Below, in pieces: positions 63,504 to 64,000 of a DNA stretch of 64,000 nt. The stretch covers positions 1 through 64,000 of the forward strand of contig NIVC01002296.1 of assembly GCA_002269645.1 (NCBI GenBank), in the 5' to 3' direction. Numbering within the stretch: the stretch's first letter is position 1; each line of letters opens with the position of its first letter. A model generated the notes under the pieces. That model worked only from the letters and a program-made list of their open reading frames with translations. It had not been told where the DNA came from and ran no database searches. Source of the stretch: Macrostomum lignano (taxonomy: Eukaryota). The position numbers and the translations under genes were made by a program.

Positions 63504-64000
63504 GAAAAAGTGCCTCCTCGAACAACTAAAGTACATACAGGAAACTACCCGGTTTTCGTAGAATTGGATGGATGCCAGCACGGAAAGTTTGTTTTCGCTG
63601 GTGCATTTGGAATTCCAAATTTTTGTGTCTGCAGTTTTTACCCAGCCAAGAGCTGCGTCATCGACTCGCGCATCAGGACCCAGCAGCACCATTCAACATG
63701 AGCGAACTACACTACCTGCAGGCAATCCAGAGGCTCTGTCTCCCAGCTCTCACCAGCGCCGGAAGCTCCTCTGATTGCGCCTCTCGCAGAGACATCCGGG
63801 CTACCACCATATGACCCTCTCAGGTGACGGCCGCTTTACCAGGCACCAGCACATGTAACCCGCAGGCAGGGCATACCAGCAACGCGAACTGCAGTTTCTG
63901 CAATTCAGGTGGCGAAACCGCTGAATAAAATCAGCTCATGCGCTACCTCCGGGTCACCCATAAGCCACCCATGCGCTACCTCAAGGCAATACATGAAGCG

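Noticed and set aside
63510-64000. Short ORFs at the window end
   Set aside because: No recognisable domain or consistent exon structure within the window

Overview
Eukaryotic (metazoan) genomic DNA with GC-rich exons and repeat-filled introns. The style resembles the flatworm Macrostomum, but that is an inference only. The centre of the window is one complete beta-heavy spectrin gene (+, 16668-57110). I traced it by hand through 32 GT-AG coding exons that all join in frame: 12354 nt, about 4117 aa, with CH1-CH2, spectrin repeats, an SH3 insert, a PH domain and a basic tail. At least 27 of its 31 introns carry a tandem-repeat array, mostly a different one in each. The best new signal is a set of frame-preserving microexons near the 3' end that the ORF track cannot show: two separate 3-nt exons (CTG 50750-50752 and CCG 50955-50957), each adding one Ala inside the PH domain, and a 27-nt exon (53515-53541) with a UGC-rich acceptor. 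Left of spectrin lie a frameshifted unknown ORF, a DEG/ENaC channel gene with a probable GC-AG intron, several MITEs/SINEs and a fold-back piggyBac relic. Inside spectrin introns are a full-length dead mariner, a CORE-like SINE and a hAT MITE carrying a 1.55-kb polypyrimidine tract. Right of spectrin are an intronless PAN/apple + C-type lectin gene, its truncated duplicate, and an inverted-repeat element carrying a degenerate hammerhead-ribozyme motif. All coordinates were read by eye; repeat boundaries are approximate.
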